Positions 20,196-29,915 of a DNA stretch of 64,000 nt are shown piece after piece. The stretch covers positions 2,978,944 to 3,042,943 of the forward strand of contig CBDCCI010000002.1 in assembly GCA_965214705.1 (NCBI GenBank), read 5' to 3'. This DNA comes from Alphaproteobacteria bacterium (GTDB taxonomy: Bacteria > Pseudomonadota > Alphaproteobacteria > UBA828). The notes beneath the pieces were generated by a model. That model had not been told where the DNA came from. It searched no databases and was given only the letters and a program-made list of their open reading frames with translations. Both the position numbers and the translations under genes were made by a program. Position 1 is the stretch's first letter. The number at the start of each line of letters is the position of its first letter.

Positions 20196-21092
20196 ATGAG
20201 CAAACTGCCTCACCCTATCCCGTACCAAGGCAGCAAGCGCAAGCTCGCTCCCGTCATCGCTAGGTACCTGCCGGCAAGTATTGCGAACTTCTACGAACCC
20301 TTTGCCGGGTCCGCCGCCATGACAATCTATGCCGCGTACCATAGACGAGCGGATGGCTTTGTTGTAGCAGATAGCCTAGAGCCGATGGTTACTCTCTTAC
20401 GTTCAATTGTGGACGAACCTGAGCGTACCTCTGACCAATACCGTCGAGTCTGGGAGGGACAGAAAGAGGGTAAGAACGGCTTCTTCAACGAGATTCGCGA
20501 TCGCTACAATGCCGAGGGAGACTCGGTAGACTTACTGTACCTCATCTGTCGCTGTGTCAAGAATTCAGTTCGTTTCAACAGCGGCGGACGGTTTACGCAA
20601 TCAGTGGACAAACGCCGTCTCGGGATGCATCCAGACAAGATGAGAGTGGCAATACTCGGCGTCTCGTCGATTCTTCGCGGTAAGGTCGAATTTCGCCATG
20701 GCGATTGGCTGGAAACATCAGCAGATGCTAGTCCAGAAGACTTCGTGTACATGGATCCGCCGTACCTCGGCACATCAACTGGCCGCGACAAACGTTACCA
20801 TCAGCAAATCATGCAAGAAGAGCTGGTTGCCGGTCTTGAGAACTTAAGGCGGCGGAACGTGCCCTTCGCGCTATCCTACGATGGGATGACCGGAGGACGG
20901 GAATATGGTCCACCACTGCCCAACGAACTTGGGCTTATTCGCCTATTGCTCCACGCTGGAACGTCCTCTCAGTCTACGTTGACAGGACGCAACGAGGAAA
21001 CTGTGGAAAGTTTATACGTTACCCCGGGCCTTGCGGAGCCGGTAAACGATGTGATCCGCATGGAGGCCGAGCAAGTCAGTCTAGCCCTCTGA
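20196..21092 (+). CDS. N6-adenine DNA methyltransferase, Dam/D12 class
   Basis: PYQGSKR, YEPFAGS, YMDPPY, LSYD. Confidence 0.92.
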   Translation: MSKLPHPIPYQGSKRKLAPVIARYLPASIANFYEPFAGSAAMTIYAAYHRRADGFVVADSLEPMVTLLRSIVDEPERTSDQYRRVWEGQKEGKNGFFNEIRDRYNAEGDSVDLLYLICRCVKNSVRFNSGGRFTQSVDKRRLGMHPDKMRVAILGVSSILRGKVEFRHGDWLETSADASPEDFVYMDPPYLGTSTGRDKRYHQQIMQEELVAGLENLRRRNVPFALSYDGMTGGREYGPPLPNELGLIRLLLHAGTSSQSTLTGRNEETVESLYVTPGLAEPVNDVIRMEAEQVSLAL

Positions 21093-21800
21093 CAGCCTCT
21101 TAAGCAGCGCCGCCACGGTGGTGTTCTCCCGTTCCGCTCGCGCTTTGAGCCTTTCAAACGCATCGACTTCAGAGCCACGCCACTCAATATAGATCCGTCG
21201 AATTTGCTCTCCCGCGACGTGAGAGTATTTCTCCGGGAAGGCCCAAAAGCACGAGCGGCAAACCTCGGTATCGTGTTCTCTTTTCCAGTTGCTGCATTGT
21301 TCGCATGACCAAGACTTCGCTCGCTGACTTGATCCGTCGAGAAGCATGTACTCATCAAGATTCGCTTCGTCATGGACTTCTTCACCCGCGACCTCATAGG
21401 GCACACGATGATCAATTTGAAGATATCGTGCGTCCACCCGCTCACCCGTGATCGCATCCCGTGAGCCATACCGCGCGATGAGTGCGTCGCGGAATGGCTT
21501 AGAAAACGCCTTGCGTCCTCCTATTCGTCCACGCCTAATCTTAGCGGGGTCACCGAATCGGTACGCCGCAATCTGTCGACCTGTCCGTTCGCTCGTGATC
21601 TTGAAAGTCTCAAGGGGCACGCCACTCTCGCGTACATCTCGTGCGGCGCGAGGAGGATGATCGTATCCGTAACGCGTTTGAAGCTCCTCCGTGGTGATAT
21701 GGCCATGCTGCAAGATATGGTCGATTACAGTGCGTGGGCGCTTAGCTGTTACCTTGCCGCACAGCGCAAGAATGCGAGGATCAACTTCCTGATTAGACAT
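21081..21800 (-). CDS. HNH type II restriction endonuclease, SphI-like
   Basis: GYDHPPRAARD, LQIDHRVPY, RAKSWSCEQC, CRSCFWA match recalled R.SphI motifs; convergent with the methylase. Confidence 0.78.
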   Translation of the reverse strand: MSNQEVDPRILALCGKVTAKRPRTVIDHILQHGHITTEELQTRYGYDHPPRAARDVRESGVPLETFKITSERTGRQIAAYRFGDPAKIRRGRIGGRKAFSKPFRDALIARYGSRDAITGERVDARYLQIDHRVPYEVAGEEVHDEANLDEYMLLDGSSQRAKSWSCEQCSNWKREHDTEVCRSCFWAFPEKYSHVAGEQIRRIYIEWRGSEVDAFERLKARAERENTTVAALLKRLSEG

Positions 21801-22568
21801 TTTCAACGATGACACACAACTTGGCTACAATCTCGCAATGCTACTGGGCCACTCGGAACGACACTTTGCAATCATAGTGTCTAGCATCCTTATGATCCGC
21901 TCATGCAATTCTCGACTTTGCTGTAAGTCCCCTGCCTGTAACACTAGTCACGCGTCCCTTTCAACAATGGCATTTCCAGTAAGGCGTTCCTGTTGCCCAT
22001 CTGCCATATTTCGGTTTTGGTCGTGCTTTGTCTGTGATCGATCACGCTGGCTTCCTATACGTCGTGTTGAAAAATCTGAAGATAAATTTAGCTGTAGGTC
22101 CGGCACCGAGAATAATCTCAATCCCATTCTGCAGCAAAGAGGTCCAAATCCGCAATAGAAACTTGGCCGGATTCTAGCATGTTGTGGATCGCCATAGTGC
22201 TCATCCGCTCCATTCGCCAACGCAGGTAGAACATCACAATTTGCTTCGCCGCAGGATTGAGGTTGGACAAGTGTCTCAAGAAGAAAGGGACGTGCCCGTG
22301 GGCAGTGCCAAACTCGCTAGCAATTATTGGCGTCAGTAACTTCAACATAGTCAGCCTTGATTCTTGCAGACGATTGCTGGCATCGAGCAGTAGAACGCAC
22401 ATTACAATGCTAGCCGCCAGCTTGATCTGTGTAAAGCCCTATGCGCAGGATCGATTCCCTAGAATATCCCCATGAGGAGTCATCTTGGACCTACCCTGCT
22501 CTGAGAGCGGTAGTCGCCGTAGCTTAGCAAGGATATCACAATGACGATAGCACAGTGCAACGGTAAGC

Positions 22569-24686
22569 CAGGGCCATCCCACGCTAGGTTTCGTTGACGA
22601 TTTGAGCTTCCAATCGAGGTAGTTGCATTTTCCGCTGGCTTTTCGCCGCCGGTTCGATTAGTCATGGCGGCATGGGCCACCGAGCGGATGGCAGACCCTT
22701 CTTCGAGAGCGCGCCGGACGGCTTCTCGCTTGCCGATGTCGTGGTCCGCCTCGCGGAGCCGAATGAACGCGTGCAGTGGGATGCAGCGGTCGAGCGGCAC
22801 CATTACCTCGGCTTCAAGCGCTTCGCCGGACGCGGCCTGCGCTACATCGTCGAATGGTGCGGGTTGTGGATCGCGCTTGCCGGGTGGCAGGCCGGCGCCT
22901 TCAAGAGCAGGCACCGGGACCGCTGGATCGGGTGGTCGGCGGCGCAGCAGTTCCAGCGCCTGCATCTGATCGCGAACAACACCCGCTTCGTCATCCTCGG
23001 CGCGAAGCGCGTCTTTCCGTGTCTTGCCTCGTTCGCGATCGCCGCGATGCTGCGCCGCCTCGGCGACGACTGGCAGTCCTGTTATGGGCATCCGATTCTG
23101 ATCGCGGAGACCTTCGTGAACCCGGCGCTCTTCGAGGGCACGATCTACGAGGCCGCCAACTGGCATTATCTCGGCGACACCAGGGGCTTTGCCCGCCACA
23201 ACGGCCGCTACACCGACCCCCACGGCGAGCCCAAGCGGCTCTATGTCTATCCCCTGCGCCGCGATGCCCGCCGGCGGCTCAGCGCGCCCCGCCCGCTGCC
23301 CGCAAGCTGGGAGCCCAAGGGCCACGCCGGCAGGGCGCCGAGCGAACTGCGCTCGCTCTACCAGGAACTCGACGGGATCGAGGACTTCCGGCGCGGCCAG
23401 GGGCGCAAGCACAGCGTCGCAACCACGCTCGCGGTCTATATCCTCGCAAGGCTCGCCAACATGCGCGGTCCCGTCGCCGCCGCCGAGTATGCGAGCAAGC
23501 TGGCGCAGCGGGAACTGGAAGCGCTCGGCGCCTGGAAGAACCCGAAGACCGGCCTCTACGTGCCGGTCTCGAAGTCGACCCTGCACCGGGTCATCGCCTC
23601 CCTCGACCCCGAGCAGATCGAGGCGGCGCTGCAACGCTTCTCGATGCCGAGACTTAACCTTGGCCGTGCGATCGCGCTCGACGGCAAGCGCATTCGCGGC
23701 GCCAACCGCAACGGCGAGGGCCACCACGAGACCGCGACCCTGGTCGACCACGCAACCGGCGCGCCGCTCGCAAGCCTCGCCTTCAACGACTCAGGCGGCG
23801 AGATCGCGGCCGTGTGCGCGCTGCTCGACGAGGTTCCCGTCGAAGGCCGCGTGATCACCATCGACGCGCTTCACACCACCCGCGACACCGCGCGCACCAT
23901 CAAGGAAACCCACGGCGCCGACTATCTCATTGACGGTCAAGGAAAACGCGCCCGAGACCTGCGAGACCCTCGCCTCCATCGACTGGGAGCGCGACGCGAG
24001 CGGACACTTCGAGGAAGATGTCGCCAAGGCCCATGGCCGCGTCGAGCAACGCCGCATCGAGACCCTGACCCCGCTTCCAGGCCTGATCAACTATCCTCAT
24101 GTCGCGCAGATCTTCCGTGTCACCCGCAAGCGCACCGACGCACGGCGCAACGGCACAGGCGAGACCAGCATCGAGCACGCCTACGGCATCACCTCGGTGC
24201 CGGCAGAGCGCGCCTCGCCAAAGGACCTTCTCGCCTGGAACCGCGGCCACTGGTCGGTCGAGGTCAACCACCACGTCAGGGACAAGCTCTTCGACGAGGA
24301 CGCGTGCCTCGCGCGCACCGGCTTCGCGCCCGAGAACAACGCGCTCTGCACCAACATCGCGATCGCGCTCATCATCCACAAGACCGACTTCGACAGCGTC
24401 GCCTCGGCAACCCGCCACTTCGCGCTCCAGCGCGAGGACGCCTTCGCCGCGATCCTTTCCCCCTGAGCGCCACCACGCCGTCCGATCCGGACGGCAGACA
24501 ATGGCGGTGTGCAACCTCGTCACCGCTCAGCTGTCAGCACTGACGTTCATTGCGGCCAAGCCAACGTCTCGCCCGAACCGAGAGCCGTGAGCCTGCGAAT
24601 CGGGCTATCGCGCGGGAGCCGCAACACCCGAAATCGCCCGAACGCGGCCCAGATCGTCCGCATTTGGGGAGCGTGGGATAGTCCTG
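22569..24686 (+). mobile_element. ISAs1-family element 1 (DUF4338 fusion)
   Basis: IRs CAGGGCCATCCCACGCT / AGCGTGGGATAGTCCTG; 10-bp duplication AACGGTAAGC. Confidence 0.92.
22672..24466 (+). pseudogene. DUF4338-ISAs1 transposase, frameshift near 23929
   Basis: HHYLG, RDRWIGW, NNTRF, ETFV; IALDGKRIRG, ITIDALHT; second frame TVKEN, HGRVE, RGHWSVE. Confidence 0.88.
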
Positions 24687-24899
24687 AACGGTAAGCAGCT
24701 GCGCCGCGCGACCGAGAGGGCAGCACGGCGAAATAGCGGGCGCTGATCGGCGTGGAAAGGCTTTGATTTCCGCTGATTCCGAGGGATCAAACGAGGAAGC
24801 CGAACAACAGCTCTGGTCACTAGCCGCCGGTGGCGGTCCCCCTCTTGCCCTTCGCGTCAGGAGTTGCCTTCGGAGCCGTCTCGCCCGCCCCTGACTCAC

Positions 24900-25097
24900 G
24901 CCAGATGTCGATCGCGTTCCATGGTCGCTTGCGAACCTCGAAGCCGACAGCCTCTTCGTCAGCGTACTCAGATTGGCACAGCCATAGGTGCTCTGATCGA
25001 AGTTCGGCGCCGCGCCCAGAATGCGGCTGCCCACCGTGCCCAGATGCGCCCAGACGTCTTCGTCGTCATCCACCTTCGCCTTGGCGATGATCGGCAC
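24900..25097 (-). pseudogene. OST-HTH/LOTUS domain remnant
   Basis: WAHLGTVGSRILGAAPNFDQSTYGCANLSTL resembles the C-terminus of NYN-LOTUS proteins. Confidence 0.5.
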
Positions 25098-25154
25098 TGC
25101 CTTCTTCGTCTATTGCATCGGTGAACGCAGGAGGACCCCAAGACAGGGAGGAGA

Positions 25155-25404
25155 TGTGTTGAATCTCGACTTCAATCTCACCTTCCTGGTGCCGGGCGAT
25201 GCGACGTCGCGCAATCTGGCGTTCTCGCATTGCGACGATGTTTGGGTGAGCTACGTTGAAGAGACGATCACGGAGACCAATCTCTTGGAGATCAGACGGC
25301 GACACCCGGAGCGCGTCCGCGTCCGGACCTTCCCGAAGCAGGTCCAGGCGACGAACGGTGTGGACTGGAAATGGCACGGGGCAAGGCGGAAGTCACGTTC
25401 GTGA
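25155..25404 (+). pseudogene. Truncated DUF6615-like N-terminal fragment
   Basis: EETITETNLLEI...RTFPKQVQATNGVDWKW. Confidence 0.35.
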
Positions 25405-25502
25405 TCAGATCGCGGGTCCTCGAAAAGGCGTGATGGGACGCGGGATGCGCCCGAAATACATCGGGGACGGTTGACCGGCGGCGGTAGGGAGGAAGGACGT
25501 CT

Positions 25503-28500
25503 TTGAGCCGGAATTCGCTCAATCCGAATCGCGAGGCTGCCGCGGCGTTGATGGCGAGCGCGGCAACGGGTGAGTTGCGCGAGATCGGAAGCATGGCCGT
25601 GCGGCTTGCCAAGGTGGTGAGGCGTCTCGAGAAATTCAGCTTCCCCTTGGTGGCGGCACCGCTGGCCGGCCTGTTGGCCCGGCGCGAGAATCACGTCGCG
25701 AACGCCCGGATCGAAGCGCTGATCCATCTGGCAGCGCTTGCTTGCCGAGGCGAAGGGGCGCCGGATCGGCGGCACCTGCGCGAGTGGCTGAACATCGCGA
25801 TCTACGAGGACTCCATCACGAAGCTCGAGACCCCGGTCGAGGACGTGTTCGTCTCGAATGTGGACGCGTGGTTCGGAAACGCCCGACTGTTCGAGGGTCG
25901 TTGGCAGAACAACGCAGCGTATGTGCGGGTCTGTGTGGAGACGCTGCTCAGAGTCCAAGAAAGACCCTGGGTATCGCAGACGCTGGGGCACGTCATGGCG
26001 TTGCTGCGGTTGAGCGAGGCGGTCGTCGAACGCGCGGGGATTGCGCGGAATTCCCGAACAGCAGGCCGACCGGGAGAAAAGATTGCGCTCGGTGCGTCCT
26101 TGGTGAGTCGATCGACTGGGCATGTCGGTTTCCGTGACAACGAGCTGGCAGCGATCGGGGTCGCTCCCGACGCTCTCGGCCCGTTCCTCGTCCAGGGCGA
26201 GGATACGGACGTGCTGGTCTCACAATCGATGGGACATACGGTGCTGGAACGACGACCGCTGGTTCGATTCAGGGGCCACACGACGGTAGTGCTTCCCACC
26301 GCGATAGGCGCTGCGGTCAGGAGATTCGTGATCGAGCGGGCTTCGGCGGAAGGGGATCTCCGGCTGTTTCAATCGACATGTCACCTGGCGCAGTTCACCG
26401 AGGTGGCCGTGCTGGGATGCGCGGCCTGGAAGATCAAATCTATCGACGTACTGGAACCCGATCCCGACGACGGTATGCGGGAGTTCGTCGGAACGTTCGA
26501 TGAGGGCGGCATTGTCCATCTGGTCTTTGTTCCCGATGATTTCCAAGCGATCGCCAAAGGGGGGTTGGCCGGAACTCACGCGCTGAAGGGCGCGATACGT
26601 GCGCGAATCGAGGATCGGTCGGTCGAGTTGGCCGGCAGGCGCGATTGCCGAAGAGGGCTTACGGTGCTGGTGCATGGCGGCATCGGCCGCGAGTTCTCTC
26701 CGGTGTGGGGGGAGCTTCCGCACGGCTGGCATCAGCTGTGCGTCTCCGCACCCGACTTTATGCTGCTGGGCAACGAGACCGATTTCACCGCGATGCGTGC
26801 CTGGAAGCTGCTTCAACAGGTCGATGATCTGGAGGCGCAGGGCACGGTCTTTCCAAACCTGCGCGGGTTCATGAACCTGGCGGCCTTCGCCTACCACGTG
26901 GACTTCGAACTCGTGCCCGCGGAGATGAACCCAGGTCCGATCTACCTGCACAGCGACTTTATCCTGCCGTTGCGCCACGCGGTGCGAACCGGTCTGGACC
27001 GGCACGCGGCGATGGCTCCTGATGGAAAGTCATGCGTTGGCGTCGAGCGTCCGACGAGCGATGGCCGGTTCGACGAAATCCGGGGTCGGGCGGTATTTGT
27101 CAGTCCCGCGCACATGGGCGGCGGGGAGGTTCTCGCCTGTGTCGAATCCGCGTTGCGGCCGTGGTGGGTGCAATGCGGCGAGGTTCCGGAACATCGGTGG
27201 CATCAGGGCATCGTATCGAACGTTCTGGAGATGGTTGTCGGTTGGCTGACCCGCCTGGTCCCGGCGTTCGAGGAGCGATGTCCCACGCTCCCGTCGGGCC
27301 CGGTCGCGTTCCGGATTCGCTTCTCGGACATCGGGACGTTCAGCCAGCTCAATGCCGAGGTGAGGCACACCCCGGTAGCCCCTGCCGTCGCTCTGGAGGA
27401 CGGGGAAATCGCGATCGACTGCGTGGCGCACTACCTGCAGAGTTTCCTCAGCCTGGGCAATCTCGGCGATCGCTTGATGATCGCCTCGATGGTGCGAGGC
27501 GTGGATTCGTTGTGCGGCAAGGAGGCTGCGTCGGACGCGGCGTTGGAGGAATGGGTGTGTAGCCTGGTCGGGTCCGATAGTGCCCGTTTCCTCAAGATGA
27601 CGCCCAGCCAGAGTCCGGAGGACGTGATCTATGACGTTGCCGCGCTTCCGGAGCCGCGCGTTCTGATGCCGGAAGACCGAGCATGGAGCCGCTTCGGCCT
27701 GGCGCGTCGGGCGGGATACGAGGGTAAACCGGGCACTATCCCGTCATCGTGGGCTGAAGCGCTTCTCCATGCGGCGGTCGATGCCGCGTGGGAGCGGGTG
27801 AGATCGCGGCTGATGGGTCTATCCCGGGAAAGCGTGATTGAACGGTCGCTCTTGAACTACATCGCTTTGCGGAAGGAGCACAGGGACTGGTTGCGGGCGA
27901 TGGCGGCGCGGCTCGCCGTCTATGAGGCTGGCCAGGTGATGGCCGCGTCGGACGAGCGTGTCGCGATGCGGGACCAGGCCGGTCTCGCTTGTCGGGTCAT
28001 TGCTGAGATGGCGCTGTGCGAGTCGCCATATGGTGGAGGGTCAGTCTGCACGGGAACGGACCTCGACTTTCTGATTGCGGAGGTCTCGACGCTCGTGGAA
28101 TGCGCAAGCCAAAGTGATGCGTTACGCTACGGTTTGGCGACGCGGGCGCCGGTCATGTACCGGAATGGCTCGTTCGGATTCGATCCCGCGGCAGCCCAAG
28201 CGACGGGACCGCTAATGAGCGAGCACTGGCGGCGAACGTTTCGCGATGCAGCGCAAGAACAGGAAGGCGGTGGCGAGGGAGAAGTCGAGGACGGAGTGCC
28301 AGAGCCGGATTTCCCCTGCGCGTTTGTCGCCGAGTTCGGCCTGACGGTGGAACAGTATGCGGCGTTCGTCCGGCAGGTGGCGTTGGAGGCGATGAAGCTG
28401 AACAACGCCTACTTGCGGCTGCCGAAAAGCGAAGTCATGCGGCGGCTGCGCGGCGCGAGCGTGAAAGACGCGGAACGGGCGTTCGAGAGCTTCGCACTCG

Positions 28501-29228
28501 CTCCCAGGGATCAGTGGGATGAAATTAATCCTGTAAACGCCAAGAAAAGGGACTGGTACCCGTGGCGGTTCAATAGGCGGCTGTCGATCATGCGGCGGCC
28601 GCTCGTGCAACTGTCTCGGAAGGACGACCCGGTCGTACTTGTGGTGCCCTCGATACTGTCCGGGACACTGAACTATGTGGGGCAGGCGGCATTCGGAGAC
28701 CTTCCCAAAGACCTCTTCGACAGCCCTGAGATGCGTGCTTGCGTCGGGAGGGCCGCGAACAGAATCGGACACGAGTTCGCGTGCAGGGTGGCGAAGCGGC
28801 TCGGGGAACTGAAGTGGGAGACGGCGCGGGAAGTGAGTCTCACGCGGTTCGGGGGCGACGATTCGCTTGGAGACGTCGACGTCCTGGGCTGGCAGCCGGT
28901 GACCGGCTTGGTTTACGCGATCGAATGCAAGAGTCTGCGGTTCGACCGCACCATCGGCGAGGTCGGAGGGCGCTTGGCGGAATACTCTGCCGGGACCCAT
29001 GAAGTGAAGCGCACGCCGCTTCAGAAGCATCTCGATCGCATGTCGTATCTGGAAGCCAACCGCGAACGCGTCGCCGACTTCACGGCAATCTCCCTCGATC
29101 GGCTGCAGTTGCGCTCGGGGCTGGTGACGGAGAACCTTGTTTCGATGCAGTTCGCAGGGAAGGCACGCGAATTGCTGGACCTTGTGGTGGACTACGAACT
29201 GCTCGAAGACGCGCTTCCTAATCGATGA
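25503..29228 (+). CDS. 1241-aa protein with C-terminal PD-(D/E)XK nuclease-like motif
   Basis: Long uninterrupted ORF; GHEFA...GDVDVLGW...YAIECK...KHLDR; start uncertain. Confidence 0.75.
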   Translation: MSRNSLNPNREAAAALMASAATGELREIGSMAVRLAKVVRRLEKFSFPLVAAPLAGLLARRENHVANARIEALIHLAALACRGEGAPDRRHLREWLNIAIYEDSITKLETPVEDVFVSNVDAWFGNARLFEGRWQNNAAYVRVCVETLLRVQERPWVSQTLGHVMALLRLSEAVVERAGIARNSRTAGRPGEKIALGASLVSRSTGHVGFRDNELAAIGVAPDALGPFLVQGEDTDVLVSQSMGHTVLERRPLVRFRGHTTVVLPTAIGAAVRRFVIERASAEGDLRLFQSTCHLAQFTEVAVLGCAAWKIKSIDVLEPDPDDGMREFVGTFDEGGIVHLVFVPDDFQAIAKGGLAGTHALKGAIRARIEDRSVELAGRRDCRRGLTVLVHGGIGREFSPVWGELPHGWHQLCVSAPDFMLLGNETDFTAMRAWKLLQQVDDLEAQGTVFPNLRGFMNLAAFAYHVDFELVPAEMNPGPIYLHSDFILPLRHAVRTGLDRHAAMAPDGKSCVGVERPTSDGRFDEIRGRAVFVSPAHMGGGEVLACVESALRPWWVQCGEVPEHRWHQGIVSNVLEMVVGWLTRLVPAFEERCPTLPSGPVAFRIRFSDIGTFSQLNAEVRHTPVAPAVALEDGEIAIDCVAHYLQSFLSLGNLGDRLMIASMVRGVDSLCGKEAASDAALEEWVCSLVGSDSARFLKMTPSQSPEDVIYDVAALPEPRVLMPEDRAWSRFGLARRAGYEGKPGTIPSSWAEALLHAAVDAAWERVRSRLMGLSRESVIERSLLNYIALRKEHRDWLRAMAARLAVYEAGQVMAASDERVAMRDQAGLACRVIAEMALCESPYGGGSVCTGTDLDFLIAEVSTLVECASQSDALRYGLATRAPVMYRNGSFGFDPAAAQATGPLMSEHWRRTFRDAAQEQEGGGEGEVEDGVPEPDFPCAFVAEFGLTVEQYAAFVRQVALEAMKLNNAYLRLPKSEVMRRLRGASVKDAERAFESFALAPRDQWDEINPVNAKKRDWYPWRFNRRLSIMRRPLVQLSRKDDPVVLVVPSILSGTLNYVGQAAFGDLPKDLFDSPEMRACVGRAANRIGHEFACRVAKRLGELKWETAREVSLTRFGGDDSLGDVDVLGWQPVTGLVYAIECKSLRFDRTIGEVGGRLAEYSAGTHEVKRTPLQKHLDRMSYLEANRERVADFTAISLDRLQLRSGLVTENLVSMQFAGKARELLDLVVDYELLEDALPNR

Positions 29229-29395
29229 TGACCGCCGGCCGCGCCGGCATCCCGCCGGCCGCGTCCCTCGCTCTCGCCACGGCCACGCTCGCGCGCTGAT
29301 AGGAGGGAGAGCTCGGCCGTGACGGGCGGCGGGGCGGGCGACCTGGCGCGAGGGTGCGCCTGCCGCTCGCGACCGCGAACTGCGGAGGGCCGACG

Positions 29396-29716
29396 ATGAG
29401 CACGGCGAGATCGATCCAGCGCGCTGCCAGCACCTACCTGGTGCACTTCTTCGGTGGCGGCCTCCAGGAGGGGGGCCGCTACGTGGTCGAGAGATACGAG
29501 ACTGCGGCCTCGGGCGAGATCCGCCCACTCAGCGCCGACGACAAGCGCGCGGGACGGTGCAAGCGGCGCACGACCCTGTCGCGCAGGGCCGTCCAGCGTT
29601 TGCGACCGGTGCCCAACGAAATCATCGTCGCCACCAGCGTCGACCGCGACGCGGGCATGCAACTCTTCGGAGACTCCGCGGCCGGGATCGCGCTGCGCGG
29701 CAGGTGGCGCCGCTGA
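29396..29716 (+). CDS. Paralog of the 405-728 hypothetical protein
   Basis: Sequence similarity, same position upstream of the CxxC-repeat gene, GGAGG RBS. Confidence 0.75.
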   Translation: MSTARSIQRAASTYLVHFFGGGLQEGGRYVVERYETAASGEIRPLSADDKRAGRCKRRTTLSRRAVQRLRPVPNEIIVATSVDRDAGMQLFGDSAAGIALRGRWRR

Positions 29717-29915
29717 CCGGCCGCCCGGCCGGAGGCGTCGCCGCACGCGCCACAGGCCGCCCTCCCGAGCCCCTCGGCTACCCCCACGCCCCCGAGGTTG
29801 TCATGTCCAGCAACGACGCGCGTGCGCGCGAACGTCAGCGCCGGCAGCACGCCGCGCGCCTCGCCAGCGGGAAATGCACCCGGTGCGGAAAGTGCGCGTC
29901 AGAGCCCGGCCTCAA

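Noticed and set aside
21830-22560. Low-GC stretch upstream of the restriction gene
   Set aside because: Only short broken ORFs with no recognisable motif; probably a decayed gene
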